Source of the DNA: Yuukianura sp. NJ FZ-2021
Taxonomy: Eukaryota
DNA length: 64,000 bases
Assembly (NCBI GenBank): GCA_046563655.1
Contig: CM102289.1
Location: 1,860,001-1,924,000 of the forward strand
Direction of reading: 5' to 3'
A program made the position numbers and the translations under genes. The notes beneath the pieces are model-generated. The model did no database searches. It was given only the letters and a program-made list of their open reading frames with translations, and had not been told where the DNA came from. Positions 1 to 11,700 of this stretch are shown one piece after another; within the stretch, counting starts at the first letter, position 1; each line of letters starts with the position of its first letter.

Positions 1-2851
1 CGGAAGGTTATATATAAAAGTTTTCCTTGAAAATGTCTCGTTAGGACATGAATTAATTGAATAGTTGCGGAAGTCTTAACTTAAGTTACGGAAGAACACA
101 AAGGGAAGTTAACCCACTTTTTACTAAATTCTCATTTCAAAAATTCCTAGGAATTTCTACTCTGAAAAATTCTCTTCCGCGTTATTAGTTCTTTTTAGTC
201 ACAAAAACTTTACTCTGAAAGTTTACTTCCTCATCTTTATTTTCATCAACAAACTTCAGTTTGGCAGTCCAACTTTTTTTTCAATTTTTTTGAATTCTGC
301 CACTCACAGTTGTAATTTGTAGTTTGGAAATTTTTTGGCGGAATTTGAAATTCAATTTCTCTTTTTCTTTTTTTGAAACATTTGTGGCCAATGGGATTCG
401 GAGTTTGAACTTTGACATTTTCCAAACGGCCTGTAAAGTGTGAAGTGCTTTGGTTTGAGTGTTGTCAGAGACTGTTTGACATTTGTAACAAAGAGAGGGA
501 GATTTTGAATTGCCAAAGGGCTGCGTTTTGGGAAACAAAAGAGCTCGAAAGGCTTTGAATTGGTTGGAGGATTTAGTAGAAGCAGGAAGAAAAGAGACAG
601 AGTTGCGATGGGATTTCATTAATTTTAATATTCATTTCTTCCCGCGCTTTTCCTCCAGGAATATTATTATTATTTACATTTTACAATTCATCTTCATTAA
701 GAAGAGTGACAGTAGGATTTCTCCTGGGGAGAAACAATATACCTTTGGCAGAGCTCTAAGCCCAGCCTTTCCGCATAAAAAGAAACTTCAAAAGCCCGCT
801 CCCCTTTCGCAAGGTGAAAATGAAAGAAAATTCAGACTTCCATATCTCAAATTTTTATTTTTACCGTTTTTCAACGATTACTATCAGTATTATTCATAAC
901 TGCTTTTAAAATCTAAAGAAACTCATTAAATCTGCCAAAAATGTTCCTGAAGAAGTTTGGTGAGAAAAAACGAAGACCGACAGATATGTAGAATTTGTTG
1001 TGCGAAATGCACCTTGGATTTCTGAGACAAAACGATTAAAATCGAATAAAATCAAGTCGTGGGTTTTGTTTTCACCGGCAGCGTGCGTTTCTACGACCTG
1101 ATCTAATCACATTATCTTCATTTTTCATTTTATTATTAAAAAGGGCACCTTTTACTTATTTTTTTTAAAGCTTGGAATGAAAAGACCCAAAAAGTGTGAA
1201 CGTGCCTGTACACATAATTTTTCTTCTTTAGTTTCTCTTTTTTCTTTCTAAATTTCTAATCCCAATTGTCAATAAAAGGAAAACGGAGTGTGAACGTGAG
1301 TTAATTTTAATTCTGTTGACTTAAGCTTGTACGAAGAAGAAGAAAGGTCGATTTATTGCTTTGACTCTTCTTGCACCAAACAGAACGAAAGCGCAGAAGG
1401 CGCGACTGTTTGAAAATGGATTGGTTGAGCAAATAAAACGGGAATTAATTAGCACACTCGAATTTATCAACGTGTCACACAATGGGCTCCGAGGGATGCA
1501 ACTCTGATTCTGCACTTTCTGCATTTCCAGCACATCAAAATCAAAATCCAAAGTCGAAACACAGGGTTAGCAAGATCCACCGTTCAAAAAAAAATTTCGA
1601 GCCAAAAATATGGAAAATACTTCTGCCCGCTCTACAAACCGGGTTTGAACTCACAAAATCTGGAAAAGTGCAGAAGTTGAACGAAGCGGAGTTAATGAAA
1701 TTAGTGAAGAAAGGAAAAGAAAGTGAAGGCGACAGACGGTGCGGGAGGATGAAAAAGGATTCGTTGGATTTAAGAGAATGAAATTGTGGAAACAATAGTT
1801 TTTTTTTTTGTATCTCGCCGTTTTCTATAGCCGTTCTTTTCATTTTGATTGGAGGAAGGATTAGAAGCAGAATTATAAAAGACATTGCAAAAACACACTT
1901 TTCCTTTTATAAATTTACTTCCTTCAGTTCATTCTCCCGCCTTTTAGTTTTTAAGATTGTCACCCAAATCCATCTTCATAAAAATTTCATTCACTCCCAC
2001 TTTCTCCTTCCATCACTCAACTCTGAGTGCCAAAAGTGAACAAAATCATATATCAAAATTTCCCACTCAAGTATCGGTTACCTTCTTTTCTCACAAGAAA
2101 CGAAAACGGAAACTTACGGCGGAAATTTTCAAAAGTAAAGAAATAAAGAAAAACATTTTAGAGAGTTGCTCACGCAAAAAGGCGTGTTTCTGAAATTTCA
2201 AAATTTGTTACCCATAGCGAGCACTCCTAGCTCTTGTATTTGCTGTTACAGAAAAAGTGTATATAGCTTAAACCAGCGACTTTTGAACTCCGTTTTTTTT
2301 AGTTTTTCGAAATTTGCGCGTGCGCCATGTCCTTGTTTTAAGGGAAAAGAAATTCAGCCCAGAGGACCGAGGAAAGAAATTAATGGAGGAAATAAAAGAA
2401 GAAATGCAGTTTCCTTGAGTTTTACTCTCTCCCGTGTGAAACAAGGCTGTTTTACGCGGGAAAAGAGCGAGTTTTGTTTTGATGGCTTCAATTCCATTTC
2501 TTCCTTTTGCCCTCAAACAAATGAAATTAAACCAAAACGAGAGTTCAGAATCACCCCGTTTATTACCTGACCCAACTACCACTTTCACTGAGCACTAAAG
2601 AAATTCTCTAACCTAACACATCAATCCATCGACGCTTAAAACAAATGCGCATGCGCACCTCATTTTATTACAGCGACACTTCTCTATACCACGGCTTAAA
2701 TGCATGAAAGTAAAACTGACATTTCACAACGTAGAGTTAAAATTTTAAAACACAAACGGAAATTTTGTAAAGATATCTGTTACATTATGTCTTTGCAGCA
2801 ATGCTCCTTGTCACGCATTCTAAATGCTCCGAAGTTTTTAACGTTACGCTA

Positions 2852-3079
2852 CAAGGTTCTTTGACAACAAAAAGTTAATTTTGTTAAACAGGTTGGGTAC
2901 TACCTTGCTTGTTGAAAAATTAGTACCAATCCAAAAAATTGGCACCAATTCATATGCAAAATTTAAAAAAATTGGCTATATTGTTTGACATCGAAATAAA
3001 AAGATACGTTTTCTAGCAAAATCGAAATAACATGAGGTATTACCCAACCTGTTAAAGAAAATCAAATCAACAAACCTTG
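2852..3079. mobile_element. MITE, CAAGGTT-TIR family (diverged copy)
   Basis: Begins CAAGGTTCTTTGACAAC and ends AACCTTG. Internal inverted AACAGGTTGGGTACTACCT / AGGTATTACCCAACCTGTT. Interior resembles 16611-16897. Flanks GTTACGCTA / GTTACACTA look like a decayed target-site duplication. Confidence 0.7.
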
Positions 3080-5239
3080 GTTACACTACGTCAAATTGAG
3101 TAGTCATATGGTTATGCTATTTTAATTTTTGTAGCAATGACTTATGTGGAATGTTAGTGTATATGATCATGCTGTACAATACATATTGTTAATGTTGCAA
3201 GAGATGGCAGATGTTGTATATCCTATTTTAGTATTTTAAGTATGCTAAACTTTATGGACCCAATTTTAGAAAGGGAGCATAAATCCTTCTTAGCGGTGGT
3301 GGACAATTTTGTTATGAAAGTAGGAAAACGTATTTCAGAGACGTGGACAAGCGTATAATACGCTTCTCCTTTTCATTGTATTCTATTATGCATTTCCCAT
3401 GATAACTGAGGAAACTGCGTTATGAATAGGAAAGTATTAGGGTTTATACGGCTATCAAAGAAAGAGCGGGAAAGTTTCCTTCTGTTGCTCTTCGGAAGAG
3501 GGGAGCTTAAGGATTGGGCTCATTTCCTTTTGCTCTGTAGTTACTTCCTCCACCTTTACTTTCTCCCGCCCTTTCTCCTTTGGATGTGTTGAGTAGGTCG
3601 TAATTTTCAAATGAGGAAATAAATGCTCTAATGATCTTCCTCTTCCCGCCAACGGAAATCATATTTTCACTAACTTCACTCCAAGGTGTGCGCCACTGGC
3701 TTTTAAACCATAACATAAGTTAGTGTACTCAACTACACCAAAGTTATTCCTAAGTTTACCATTATTTTTACCAAAAACACAAAATATTTTTTAAAAAATT
3801 TGAAAAATTTGCACGTTTTAACTTATGCTTGAAAAGAAAAGTTTTACAAGTCCGAAAATAAGGGAGGGTTCAAAATTTGAAAAATTGCAAAATTGAAATT
3901 TACTTGAAAATCAGAATTCGGGAAGTTGTTAGGTTGGTTGAGAAGCCAGACGTTAGGAAATGATTTATTTGTTTTAATTGTTTACTTAATGCTTGGAATT
4001 TTTGATGAAGAGCTGTTCAAATGTCAAGGTTAAAATTGGATTTCAGTTGAACAGAAGTTTCCCCTTTCCGCTCTTTCAATTCTCCCGGGAACTGAACTAC
4101 CCTGTTTTTGTTATTTAAATCTCACTACACCTAAACCTACTTAGGATCTTTAGCAGAGTAGAGAAAAGGAGAGACACATTTAATGTAATCACATCAAGAG
4201 ATAGTTGTATACCAGCACAGGAGAAAACACTGGAAAGGAAAGAAGCTAAAAGTGAGCTTGGAAAATTTATTAAAAGAAAAGGAAGTTTAGGTTTGGCTTT
4301 TCTTTTTTGAAAAAGCCGGCGTAATCCCTTTTTCACGCTTCTTTCTCCACTGTTCTCTTTTAAAGAGAAAAGAGAAAACAGAGGATAGGAAATAAAGAGG
4401 CTTCATCTCAATATTTTATTTGTGAAAAGGAGGCCACCCGGGAATTCAACTACCCTTCAACTCCCGCTCCCGGGTAACTCCCGCCTCTTACGCAACTGAA
4501 CTAACCGTGCAATGAATTTTTAACATTTCAATTTCCCCTCTTACACACACTGACTCTCCAGTATCAGCACATGAACTGCAGCATCTTCTCCAAATTCAGC
4601 CAACCAACTCCAATTACGGAGGAAACGTATTGCAAAAATATTGGACAAGTGGAAAACGAGTGTGAGTTGAATGAGCGTCAGATAGGACGCGGTCCACTGC
4701 GCATTCTAATACAACGAATTTTAAAGCTGTTTTTGCAATATTTCAAAATATTTTGAAACATTTCGGAACATTTAAAAAAAACATGTTCAAACGATAGTAC
4801 ATCGTTGTACTTGGTATTTGGAAAGTCCGAAGTGTATTTGACAAAGTTGAGCGTTTACGGTGTAAGATCTACTTTCTTTTTTCGAAAGCTGAATCACCGG
4901 ATGAGGTCTGGTTTGCTTTCACTTTTGAATTCTGAATATTTTTTGATATTCTTATACAACTTGTAAACCAGCCGGGCGTTGGATCCCACGTTCACAAAAA
5001 AATTTTTTCCAAACTATATAGGTGTCAAAAATTTTATTTAATTATTAAAAACTTTTTTCGACTAGTTCCATAATTTATTTTGAGAAACGGTTGAAATCCT
5101 CTCCTCGTAAATGTCACAAAATGAATACTTATTTTTTGTTTAGTTTAGGGCTATTTTCTTATGTGTGTTTTACAACCAGTTTATTGTTTATTATGGAATA
5201 ATAAACTATTTCCTTACGTTACACGTCAACGTCGTTGAT

Positions 5240-5416
5240 CCGCCGTATGCCGACTTTTATGGAACTCGATGCCCTGAATCCGGGGAAACGGTGTTGCGAA
5301 AAGCTCTTCTAGACGCTGGTTTTGTTATCAACGAAATTCGAACCGAAGAACGACCACAAATAGATGATTTGGACACCTTGGCAGGTACTTGCAAGGTTGC
5401 TTAACAAACAAACAGC
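5240..5416 (+). pseudogene. Orphan duplicate of exon 3 (plus intron start) of the methyltransferase gene
   Basis: PPYADFYGTRCPESGETVLRKALLDAGFVINEIRTEERPQIDDLDTLA closely matches exon 7193-7346 (PPFADFYGTRKLESGETFLRKALLDAGFVIDEIRTEERPQIDDLDTLA). The match continues into the intron (TTGCAAGGTT...AACAAACAAACAG). No other exons of this copy were seen. Confidence 0.85.
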
Positions 5417-6466
5417 TTAAATAACCTAAACTACTCCCAAAATGTACATATTGTAAAATGTATGTATATAATGTAAAAATTAATATTCAAATATTAATGT
5501 AATTATTAATGTAAGTAATGAAGGAGGACAAGACGAGACGCTGGCGGGAATACACTTTGAAACTCATGAGATAGGGAACTTGTATATAGCTAGGGTAGTC
5601 TCAATAAAGACCTCTACCAAGCATCATCTCTCTTGCGTCAGTCTTCGATCAAGTCATTTGTTAGGCAAGAGTAAGCATCGGTCAGAGGTCATACAGGTCA
5701 GGGATCATTGTCTGCCTCAGTAAGTTAAAAATTAATGTCCATAATGTAAAAAAATTTTTTGACGACACATTTTATTGCAAAAAGAAGCGGACATTAATAA
5801 AGAAAATAGTGGTATAAGGATAGAGAGCCATATTATGTAACTGATAAATCATCAATCCGACTCAAAAAGTATGTCGCAATCAGCAGAAATCAAAGGTTAG
5901 AAGGTTACATAAGAAATTCAGTTTTCAAAATGAAAAATGATGTGCTACAAGTGGCACGAACCGTTTCCCTAAGCGTTAATAATAACAGTGACAAATATTA
6001 GGAAAGAACAAATTAGTATTGGTGCGACCTTGTCTGACTGTCTGTCTGTCCGGCCATACCAGGCAATTATCCGGCTAAACAGTTCCGGGATCTGTTTGCA
6101 CAAGCGACTAAGATGTGCTTATTATGGTACATTATCCCGGAGGATTTTTTTTCATTCAGCGCTATAGTGCATCATGATGTGCTGGTTCGAGCATACGCTC
6201 GCGAATGCAGACCATATTTTGCTACTTTTGCACACTACAGTTTCGTTTTTTAGAGAGGAAACCTACGATAACCTTATGAACCCTCAATAACTCCTACAAG
6301 TTTTATCTCTTGGTGTAAATCTGTGCCGTTCTTCATTTATATTTTTGCCACACTAACTTCTCAAATACTTTTTGCAAGTGTGACTTGAGCTGTCAAAGTG
6401 TGGTTTAATTCTTTTACATAATATTCGATTGTAAAACATTATTATAGGTTTTATTTTACTTTAAAG

Positions 6467-6615
6467 ATGCAGGATCCGGAGAAATACGAGAAGTTCAAAT
6501 CAGCCGCTGCACGGGATGCTGAGGAATTTGTACCGTACTTGGTGAAACGTATGACTTGGAAAACGAACGAAGCCATCTTGGATTTTGGTTGTGGCGCGGG
6601 ATCTACCGCGTTCAA

Positions 6616-6655
<40 letters not shown>

Positions 6656-8787
6656 AAATACATCCTTCGTTCAAATACATCCTTCCAACTGCTGAGGCAA
6701 ACTACTCAGTAGTAGAAGGAGTGGACATTTCTCAAAAAATGGTGGAGTATGCGCAGGCGAAATATGCGCATCCCCTTATGCAGTTCTGTCAAGAAGACAT
6801 TCTGGATTCACATTCGCCTTTTCTTGGAGGAAAAAAGTTTGATAAAATTTTCTCCGTTTATGTTTTCATGTGTATCGTAGACTACAGGTAAGCAATTCGT
6901 CAATGTGTATTCAAGATTCACACTTTTTAATAACGAGTTTAAAAAACGCAAACATTTTTGATACTTTTTTTTAGAAAAGTTATTAAAAAGCTGTTCGACA
7001 TTTTGAAACCTGGAGGTGAGATTGGAATCACAGTTAATACGGATTGTCGGATTGGAGATTTCATCGAAGACTTGCTCAAACATCCTAAATGGAGTTGCTA
7101 TCTTCAAGTGAAACCGATTAGAAACGTTTGAACTAATATTAAGTAAACTGGATATACTTATGTGTTTACGTAAACTTTTCTAATATTTATAGGGTGAAGG
7201 TCCGCCATTTGCCGACTTTTATGGAACTCGAAAGCTAGAATCCGGGGAAACGTTTCTGCGCAAAGCTCTTTTGGATGCTGGTTTTGTTATCGACGAAATT
7301 CGCACAGAAGAACGACCACAGATAGATGATTTGGACACTTTAGCAGGTAATTGCAAGGTTATGTAACAAACAAACAGTTTTTGTTTAACAGGTTAGACAA
7401 TACCTAGGAGTTTCAAATTTTGTGGGTAAAAACGTTAAATCCAAAACAAACCGCTTCTACAATAAACGTCACATAATGAAAATTTTATGGCTTCATCTAA
7501 TAACCAGATTGGTTCAAAATTGGTTAACAAAATTGTTTTTTAGACATTTTTTATGAATCTCAAGGTATTGCCTAACCTGTTAAAGAAAAAGTTTTCGATT
7601 GTCAATACACCGTGGGATTTGCTCCTTATTAAGTAGCTTTAGCTACTTTATAAAAGTGTTTTTGTCCGTCATCACGTTTTCCGTCATATCCCCATAAGGA
7701 AAGCCGGTCCGTCATCGCGTTTTCCGTCATGGCATAGGGAACTCCATTGGTCATCACGTTCTCTGTCATGTCCATAAGGTAGGCCGGTCCGTCATCACGT
7801 TCTCTGTCATGTCCATATGATAGGCCGGTCCGTCATCACGTTCTCTGTCATGTCCATAAGAAAGGCCTGTCCGTCATCGCGTTTTCCGTCATGACATAGG
7901 GAAAACCATTGAAAAATGTTGAAAAACATCAGCACAATTATCTCGGAAACTACCGAACCGATTTCGTCCAGGTTTTTACCAATCAACAGCTCATGACCCG
8001 GGTGAGATCAAGTTTGCAAAATCATTCCGGTCAGTGACCTCATTCCGGGTCAAAATCGATCTCAAAGTTCACGTGAATTGTTAGATGGAGGAAGTGTGGG
8101 TATAAAAAACTCTGCTTGTGGGACTGGAAAGGTAAATGGCATGGGAGTTGGTTTTCTGCTTAGCAAAAAATCAACTACGCAGCAGTTGACCAACACACTC
8201 ATGCACTGTCCACTTCCAGTCCTTCTGCTGTTGCTTCACCCGGATCCTACCTCTTCGCATCTTTGATAGACCTCACCCCTATTTCCACTGGGGGGTGAGA
8301 AATTAGGGGAAACACAGCCCCACTTCCCCCCGGGTGGCGCGGGAAAGTGGGGGCAACACACCCCCACTCCTCACGGGGGGCGGAGAGGTGGAAGAAAAAC
8401 ATCCCCTGTTTAAAAAAAACCTAAACGCTAAAGCTACTTTTTTATGTGCGGTTTACAACCGGTTTATTTCACTTTAACTTTACAACTTCCAGCGAAAAGT
8501 ATATGCCTACTTACATATTAATATCAAACGAATGTTCTGTCTAATTTGTTCGCAGCCGTATCAAATTACGTAAATTATGCAAATCTAAAAATCTTTGTTG
8601 TCATTTAGAACTTTTCGTATCCGTAACTCCATTTCTGCTAAAAATCCCAGCGGAACATAGAGCCGACCTCAAACAGGATTACCGCGCAGCATTATTGAAA
8701 CGCAGACCTTTGACCTCTGACGGCAGACCTAAGATTTATTCGACAGTAATTTGCTTGGCCAGAAAACCAGGAACAGCACCCAATTGA
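6467..8787 (+). CDS. Juvenile hormone acid O-methyltransferase-like class I SAM methyltransferase (frameshifted in exon 1 as assembled)
   Basis: Exons about 6467-6887, 6975-7107, 7193-7346, 8609-8787 with GT-AG introns. SAM motif ILDFGCGAG, then GVDISQKMVEYA, FDKIFS, LKPGGE and C-terminal ...ICLARKP. A 59-nt insertion (6619-6677) shifts the frame. Confidence 0.8.
7385..7585. mobile_element. MITE related to the CAAGGTT family, in methyltransferase intron 3
   Basis: Inverted repeats TTTAACAGGTTAGACAATACCT / AGGTATTGCCTAACCTGTTAAA, similar to the inner inverted repeats of 2852-3079 and 16611-16897. Confidence 0.6.
7629..8468 (+). mobile_element. Non-autonomous Helentron/DINE-1-like element
   Basis: 5' subTIR AAGTAGCTTTAGC with adjacent partial palindrome (7631-7648). 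GTCCGTC motif and about 40-bp tandem repeats (7664-7900). 3' subTIR GCTAAAGCTACTT (8427-8439). 3' stem-loop CGGTT-TAC-AACCG (8449-8461) and T-rich ends. Confidence 0.8.
7664..7900 (+). repeat. About 40-bp tandem repeat (about 6 units) inside the Helentron-like element
   Basis: Recurring unit GTCCGTCATC(A/G)CGTT(T/C)TC(C/T)GTCAT...CATA.G....GGCC. Confidence 0.85.
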
Positions 8788-11700
8788 CTTACATTTACTC
8801 GATTAATTTTGAGCAACGTAGCTTTATAAACTTACTGTAATACAGATGGAAAACCATAAAACATGGATTTTTTCTCTAAGAAATTGATTTTCGTATGTTT
8901 TTTTTTATAATATCAGAAAATTTTTTGCAAGATTTTTCACTTTTCAGATTTACGGTAACCGAATAGTAATGCTTAAAGTTACTCGTGTTTGGAGTTACTT
9001 TTTTTTTCAAAAGTGAAGAAAAAGTGTTTGGGTAACTAGATTTATTGGATTTTTGTTTTGAACAAATTTTCAAAAAAAATCTTTTGTTACTTTTTTTTTG
9101 CTTGTGTAGGTGTGTTTTATATTACATGTATTTACCATATTGATCTACGTGTCTAACTGAGAAAAATACTCTTTTCTTCCACTTTTTATGTGTTCGTGTT
9201 CAACTCCTCTAACATGAAATTCCAACCCATTTTGAATTGTACACACGTGAAAACCCTATGTAAAAATATGCTATTCAGATTCCAAACCAACTTTCTCCAG
9301 TGCGCCGTTGTATGTAATGCACTAGGCAGATGGAGATTTGATTTTCTTTTTTAGAACTTTTTCCCGCCTACTTTTTCCAAGCCCATTTGAAAGAAAATAT
9401 CCCTGCTCAAATCTGTGCTCTAATGTCTCTGAGACAGCAACCAAATTTACAGAAAAACCAAAAGAAGAAAAAATTTCAACTTTCTTAAGACAAACTTCTT
9501 TACGCGTTTTCTTATTCACTAGAGACTTGTTTCCATATTCTACTCAGAGACGCAAAATATGAGAAGAAAAAAACAATTTTTTGCAAAAATTTTATTTGGG
9601 TCAGAAAAATTTCTTGTGAAGTTGAAATTCCCACGGGAAGGTATAATCCACTTTACATTTCAAATTTCAAGTTAATTTTGTTTCTTTTTTTTGCGCATGT
9701 GTGAACTTCCTACTTTGATAAATTTTTAACTGAACAGCAATCAATGACAAATTTAATCAAAATGAGGGTTCAAAGGATTCATTTGCTTTGAATCTTTACA
9801 TATCCTCCAACGCAATGTTTTTTTAAAAGCGGGAAATTTGAAAAAAGGCAGGCAAAGGAATGTTATTAGAAAATGTTCGAGTGTTTCTCAAAATTCGATT
9901 TTAGAAAAAAAAAAAACTTTCAGTACCACAGTCTGCGGAGTACTCAAATTGCTCAATTCAAAATCTCCGCGCTTTTTCTTAGCTTCTCCACACAGTTTCC
10001 TTTGAAACATTTTTTCAAACAGTTTTTGCCTAAATCCGACATCCTAAAAATCCTGTAATGTTGACATTCCCTCGTCTTATTAGCATAAACCCACCACAGA
10101 GTGGGAACAAGAAAAGCAGAAAAGAAGAGCGGAAGAGCCTTGAAGCTGTTCGTATGGATCGGAGCTTTGAGCTTTACCAAAAACATGACTTTTCGAAAAG
10201 GAGCCACTAAGTAAATAAATTCTGAGCAAATATTTATGTGTGTTCAGTTCGAATTTCAGTTGAAAAACCAAATTTCCAAAGGAATCCGCAAACGGCTTGT
10301 TCAATTTTGGTCTGAACAAAGAGCTTTTTGACTGATCAAAAACTTTCTTGCAAACCCCAAAATTCAAGGCTTTACAAACCAAATTCAGCTTTTGCGTAAG
10401 CTGTAATGTAATCCTCGAGTTACCGTAGCCAAGAGCACTTCAAAAGACGTAACACACGGTGAAATAATAACAACACGTTCTGTTACCCTTGGATACGATT
10501 ACATAAACAAAAATAACATAAACAACATTTACATAAACCAGAAAAACAAAAATACTACAAACACAATGTACAACAAAAGTTCAAAGTCAAAGTTTCTTAA
10601 AAGTTGTTGGCGAACACAAGTTACATAAGCAGAAAGTTCATAAGCGATGAACGCATAAACAAAATTTTTAAATGAAAAACTTCGTATAAAGCCTCCGAGC
10701 TCGTCAAAGTTTATGTCGCACTTCAACGACATTCTTTTTCTCCAAATGCATCCTCAACTACAAAGTAAGCAGAAATTACATAAACAGGAAATACATAAAT
10801 ACGTGAAATTATACACACCGCATAAATGTTTACCCAAATTTTTAAGTTTTACGCTATGTCTATTTTAGTGGCGTTGAGTTACATAGATTTGGTTTTTATG
10901 TAAGTGTTGGTGTGTACCTATTTCCGTGTTTATATAATTTCTGTTTATTTTTTTGTGTACCTTTGGGACACCTTTGTGCAGTAATAAAGCAAACACGGGA
11001 TATAATTAAGTGAGCTTTCAGATTGTTCTTCAGAAGTCACAATTTGCTTCAATTGACTAAACAATAATTTATTTGAGCTCCTGGCATGATGAAAAGGAAA
11101 AGCTCAGAATATAGAATCTTTTTAATAAACAATTTTGAATCCCTGGGAGGTTGAAGAGAAAGCGGGAAGTTTTGAGCTGATGATGTTAGTTTCTCCGTTT
11201 TGTGCTTTATTTATGTCTTGTGTTTGTCTTATTAGTCAAAGGAAGAAAGTGCAGAGGGAATACTAGAATTGCTTTATGCAGCCTTAGAAAAGACAAAGGC
11301 AAAGGAACAACAAGGGCACCAAAGTTTTCCTTTCTCTTTGAAAATACTTTCTCCCGCCTAAATCCTCCAGGCCCTCTTTTCTCCCGGTTCGCGTCAATTC
11401 AAAAAAGAAGAAGAGCAGAGAGTGGCAGCAGGTGAAGGAAAAGACCAAATTCAGTTTTAAGCCCAAGAGCTAAATTGTAGTTTAAGGAGAGAATCCTCTG
11501 CTTTAACCTGGGGGGATACAAAGTTGAAAATGGAAAAGATCTGGAGTAATAAAAAAAAGCAAAATTTTGGAAAACAATGGCTTTGAAAATTTGACATAGG
11601 CCGTAAGGTTAGTTTATACTTCCAGGTTATGAGAAAAAGTGAAAGGTAGGAGTATTATTAAACACTGAAAATTGAGCTTTTAACATTGATTTTTCCATAA

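Noticed and set aside
281..4756. Many 60-134 aa ORFs on both strands
   Set aside because: They are K/F/S-rich translations of AT-rich DNA, often with non-ATG starts, overlapping on both strands, with no domain motifs or coherent exon chain.
6451..6663. Poly-Lys ORF on the minus strand
   Set aside because: It is just the antisense reading of the 36-T run.
7664..7900. Regularly spaced repeats resembling a CRISPR array
   Set aside because: The intervening sequences are similar to each other (tandem repeat, not unique spacers), the context is a eukaryotic intron, and there are no cas genes.
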